Positions 57,577 through 60,921 of a DNA stretch of 60,921 bases are shown piece by piece. Under the pieces are notes generated by a model that worked only from the letters and a program-made list of their open reading frames with translations, made no database searches and was not told the origin of the DNA. Source of the stretch: Thermoanaerobaculales bacterium (lineage in GTDB: Bacteria > Acidobacteriota > Thermoanaerobaculia > Thermoanaerobaculales > Sulfomarinibacteraceae); contig JAIOSJ010000289.1 in assembly GCA_021107705.1 (NCBI GenBank), positions 1-60,921 of the forward strand, in the 5' to 3' direction. Within the stretch, counting starts at the first letter, position 1. Each line of letters opens with the position of its first letter. The position numbers were made by a program, and so were the translations under genes.

Positions 57577-57858
57577 ACGAGATGGGCTTCACCTTCGGCT
57601 GCCTTTCAGGCTGTGCTGGCCCATGAGGTGTACATCACCGACCGCATCAATACCTTGGTCGATGTCTCCACCCAGGAGAAAGACCACGCCACAACCGTCA
57701 TGTTGCACTGGTACGTCGAGGAGCAGGTGGAAGAGGTCGCAACCGCAGACACACTTGCCAACCAGGTGAAGATGGTTGAAGACTCGAACCACGGTTTGCT
57801 GATGTTGGATCGCGAACTCGCGGCGAGACAATCTCCAGGCACAGCAACGCCCGAATAG
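57577..57858 (+). pseudogene. 5'-truncated ferritin-like gene (C-terminal half only)
   Basis: The translation AFQAVLAHEVYITDRINTLV...MLHWYVEEQVEEV...LLMLDRELAAR matches ferritin helices C-E. The N-terminal half, with the first ferroxidase residues, is absent. The frame is closed by a TGA at 57574. Confidence 0.6.
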
Positions 57859-57861
57859 ACC

Positions 57862-58797
57862 TCAACCGGGTTGGTCCGCACGTTTCACTGCAAAACGTAC
57901 GACCGCCCCGGCCACGTCGATTCCCGTGGCTTTCTCGAGGCGCACAAATCCCGCTGTCGGGTTGACCTCGCACACGACCGGCCCCTGGGGCCCGCTGAGA
58001 AGATCGACTCCGCACACGCCAAGCGCCGTTGCCTGTGCTGCAGCAATGGCCATTTCTGTTTCCACGGTGTCGAGGGTGATTCCGTGCGCCGTTGCGCCTC
58101 GAGCACCGTTGGATCGCCACTCGTCACTTCCGGCGTCGAAACGAGCCGCTGCAACAACACGCCCACCGACGACGACAGCCCTGACCGAAGTCCCACCGGG
58201 TGGAATGAACTGTTGCACGATGAATTCATCCCCTACTCGCCACAGGGAGTCCAAGACGCTTTCCAAATGGTCGAGTTGACGGCATAAGATGACACCAACC
58301 CCCATGCGGGATCTCCTCACTTTCACCACCACAGGAAAACCGAAGCGCTCTGCCGCGGCTACCGCCGTGGCCTCAGGGTCCATTCCGGCCATCGTTCCCG
58401 GCGCCGCAATCCCTGCGGCCCCGAGGCACAGAATCGTCCGCCAATGATCGCGACCAAGCCGGATTGCCTCGGGAGAATTCGGCGTGAACACGCCACCGGC
58501 CACGGCAACTTCCAGGGTGGCCAGCAGGGTCTCCGGACGCCAGTTTCCAATCCTGGCCAGGATTCCCGCCGGTCTTGGGTCCAAAAGGTCACTGCGCTCG
58601 ACACGTAGGACCGCACGGCCATCCCGGATCTCTGCCGTCGTCCTGGAGGCATCAACGATAACGGCGTCAAAGCCGGCCGTCTGTGCGGCCTCGGCTAGGC
58701 GCCGATTGGTGGCGATCTCGGGGCGAGCCGTAAGAATGATCAGAGTCACCGACCTACTATACTGGCTCCTGGAACTGAACGCCCTTGTCGACACCAC
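57862..58797 (-). CDS. RimK-like ATP-grasp ligase (start uncertain)
   Basis: ATP-grasp strings FPVVVKVRRSRMGVGV, FIVQQFIPP and GVDLLSGPQGPVVCEVNPTAGF. A GTG at 58749 (VTLIILTARPE) is a plausible true start. Confidence 0.8.
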   Translation of the reverse strand: MVSTRAFSSRSQYSRSVTLIILTARPEIATNRRLAEAAQTAGFDAVIVDASRTTAEIRDGRAVLRVERSDLLDPRPAGILARIGNWRPETLLATLEVAVAGGVFTPNSPEAIRLGRDHWRTILCLGAAGIAAPGTMAGMDPEATAVAAAERFGFPVVVKVRRSRMGVGVILCRQLDHLESVLDSLWRVGDEFIVQQFIPPGGTSVRAVVVGGRVVAAARFDAGSDEWRSNGARGATAHGITLDTVETEMAIAAAQATALGVCGVDLLSGPQGPVVCEVNPTAGFVRLEKATGIDVAGAVVRFAVKRADQPG

Positions 58798-58838
58798 CGA
58801 AAGAAGGCGGCAGTTTCAAGCCCTTTAGGGAGGTGTTG

Positions 58839-59225
58839 ATGCCCCATCTGATTCTCGCCGGGAAAATGGATCTTGGAGCAGCGGCCGGTGTTCTTGACTC
58901 GACGGTCCATCGGTGGGGCCGTGCCGTACTCAAGAGTGAAAACCGCTGGGTCCGCTCGGACGGCGCCGCTCTGCTCGTGGAAGGCGTAGTCGTTGAGTTC
59001 TCTCGGCCCCTTCATCCCGTAGCATTGGTGGCCCCCCATCACGGAGATACCATCATCCGTTTGTGGTCTCCCGTTTCGGTCGAGAGGACCGACGCTGTCC
59101 AACGTTGGTTGGCAATCATCGCTGCCACTCTGCACGGTGCCGGGTTCGGCCGCTTCAAAGGGTCAAATATTGCCGAGAGATTGTGGCAAGACTTGTTGAA
59201 TCAATACGCCTCTTCGAGTTCCTGA
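58839..59225 (+). CDS. hypothetical protein
   Basis: ATG at 58839 after GGGAGG. 128-aa ORF, no motif recognised. Confidence 0.5.
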   Translation: MPHLILAGKMDLGAAAGVLDSTVHRWGRAVLKSENRWVRSDGAALLVEGVVVEFSRPLHPVALVAPHHGDTIIRLWSPVSVERTDAVQRWLAIIAATLHGAGFGRFKGSNIAERLWQDLLNQYASSSS

Positions 59226-59725
59226 AGGTGTTCGCGGTGGGCTTGCTCGAGATTCTGAAGTCGATCCCTCAAGGCATCGGTGGAACTCCCGACCGGCCGA
59301 CCGCCTTCAAGGGCGACCCGAGCCTCCTGCAGCTGTCGACGGGCTCGGCTGATCGTTCCTTCTGATGGATGAAGGGCGTAGTCGCGGAGCGTCAGCGCCG
59401 CTTTTCGCAGGGCCACAGCCGCAGTCAATTCGGGGCTGGGCGTCGGCGCTCCCGCCGCCCAGGAGGCCGCCTTTGCCGCGACCTCGCGGAGTCGTGGAAC
59501 CTGTTCCGAAATGAGTGAAGGCATTCGGCACATCGTTTCGAGTTCCTCGATCGTCTCTCGAGCCTCTCGATGGCTCATGACCCTGGCCTCAACCCCGTTC
59601 TCCAGGAAATGAGGCGCCATGTTCCGTACGCCCTCATCGACATGTTTGATCTCCTGAATCCGGAGAATCATAACTATCGCCAGAGCAATCAGGAGGACCA
59701 GCATCAAAACTCCTGAAATCTTCAT
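59201..59725 (-). CDS. hypothetical membrane-anchored helical protein
   Basis: N-terminal TM MKISGVLMLVLLIALAIVMIL, then an Ala/Glu/Arg-rich helical region. GAAGG lies before the ATG. Confidence 0.55.
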   Translation of the reverse strand: MKISGVLMLVLLIALAIVMILRIQEIKHVDEGVRNMAPHFLENGVEARVMSHREARETIEELETMCRMPSLISEQVPRLREVAAKAASWAAGAPTPSPELTAAVALRKAALTLRDYALHPSEGTISRARRQLQEARVALEGGRPVGSSTDALRDRLQNLEQAHREHLQELEEAY

Positions 59726-59857
59726 CCTTCGATTGTACTGTAATTTCCAAGAGTCCCCTTTAGGTGACAGTTCTCGGGCGACCAGTCCTCCGACAATCGA
59801 CAGATCTGGCCCGAATCATGCAATATTCCAGGGCGGGAAAAACCACTGGAGGTTCTC

Positions 59858-60745
59858 ATGTTCAAACAAGGTCGTGTTTTCTTGGGTGGAATCGCAGCCC
59901 TTCTGCTCTGCGTTTCGACTTCTTACGCTCAGCTGTCCGATGCATGGATGGTTCCCGCGGCCGCAAACACCGGCGGCGTCGGCGGCACCTATTGGCGGAC
60001 CGACATCTCCATTCACAACCCACAGGACGTCACCCTCCCGGTTGTGGTCCAGTTTCTCGAGACCGGATTCGACAACACCGTGGTTCCCACACTCGATCTA
60101 GATATTTTTCCATGGGAAACGGTCAATCTCTGGGATGTCTTGGGCCCGGATCTCTTCGCAATCCAGGGCACGGGCGCCTTCCTGGTCTATGTGCCTCTTG
60201 AAGTCGTGTGTCCGGAGAATTCGTGTGATTTCCTCGTAACCTCAAGGACCTACACCATTGACCCCTGGGGGGGGGTGGGCGAGTTCGGCCAGGCGATACC
60301 CGGTGCAGCTCTGCTCGAAGGGACCGATTGGTATACTTTCGGCTACGCGACCGGGATCCTGAATGACGGGGCCGGCTTTCGCTGCAACATCGGGGTTGCT
60401 TCATGGACCGGGGATTGGACGATGGTTCAGGTGGATGTGCAGGATGAATTCGGGAACATTCTCGACAGCGAGATCTTCGATCTTCCGCCCTTCGGTCACC
60501 TCCAGAAACGGTTGCGCCAGACCGTGACCGGCGGAACCCTGGTCTTCTACGTCATCGACGGCCCCGCCGACGCCTTTGTCTATCCCTACGCGTCGATCGT
60601 GGATCAAGACACCGGCGATCCCTCGTATTTCTTCGCGAAGTACTCCGGGGTCGGCGCATCCGCCAAGTCCGGTCAACGACTTTCGGCCGATTTTCCGGGG
60701 CGTGGACGAATGGTCACCCCACCGAAGCTCAGCTCAAGAAAATAG
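59858..60745 (+). CDS. hypothetical secreted protein
   Basis: CTGGAGG before the ATG. Signal peptide FLGGIAALLLCVSTSYAQ. Coherent beta-rich composition. No family recognised. Confidence 0.6.
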   Translation: MFKQGRVFLGGIAALLLCVSTSYAQLSDAWMVPAAANTGGVGGTYWRTDISIHNPQDVTLPVVVQFLETGFDNTVVPTLDLDIFPWETVNLWDVLGPDLFAIQGTGAFLVYVPLEVVCPENSCDFLVTSRTYTIDPWGGVGEFGQAIPGAALLEGTDWYTFGYATGILNDGAGFRCNIGVASWTGDWTMVQVDVQDEFGNILDSEIFDLPPFGHLQKRLRQTVTGGTLVFYVIDGPADAFVYPYASIVDQDTGDPSYFFAKYSGVGASAKSGQRLSADFPGRGRMVTPPKLSSRK

Positions 60746-60921
60746 CCCGGGTCCAACGCCTCTACGTTTTGGGGCATGGAAGCCGGAACGGGCTGAGGTC
60801 GTTGCGCTGTTCAGAAGTCCTTGTGGGATCGTGATTTGCAACAGGGGTCAAAACTTCTTTACCCCAGACAGGTCCCGTCACCATTGACTCTCAGGGCTCA
60901 GACAGTGCGATTCCTGCCAAA

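Overview
This is a GC-rich, densely coding bacterial chromosomal segment with about 60 protein genes, mostly housekeeping. In order it contains: truA (5' partial), uppS-cdsA-dxr-rseP, a PASTA protein, rpe, bamD, a LysM protein, tadA, two tRNA-Ser genes, SRP (4.5S) RNA, selB, a pseudopilin and a ComEA-like gene, ubiX plus a UbiA-like prenyltransferase plus a deoxynucleoside kinase, serS, a Kbl/BioF-family gene, an HD protein, a GT39-TPR protein, glnA, ygiQ, a blaI/blaR1-like pair, glyA-rpiB-dgt-folC-accD, a large Ser/Thr kinase, yebC-ruvC, exbB-exbD-exbD-tonB-DUF4388-TPR, ftsEX, rlmN, an APH-family kinase, tatA, fur, tyrS, a peroxiredoxin, a RimK-like ligase and several hypothetical secreted or membrane proteins. 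I see no CRISPR array, no transposase, integrase or phage genes, and no recognisable defence system. The most unusual signal is non-coding. Five intergenic elements of about 100-207 nt lie at 9.3, 18.4, 19.8, 28.8 and 53.7 kb. They share collinear internal sequence blocks and are each closed by a long terminal inverted repeat. The repeat sequence differs between copies but stays self-complementary. Two copies directly bracket the Kbl-family gene. I do not recognise this family; it could be a MITE/REP-like repeat or a structured RNA. Secondary points are listed here.
- The TonB C-terminal domain is re-used in three signalling or transport proteins: the canonical TonB, a BlaR1-like M56 protease, and a kinase with a pseudo-receiver domain.
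- A large membrane-protein gene is split by a 1-nt frame change at a G-run.
- A ferritin gene is 5'-truncated.
- selB is present without other sel genes nearby.

All protein family calls come from reading motifs in the supplied translations, not from database searches.
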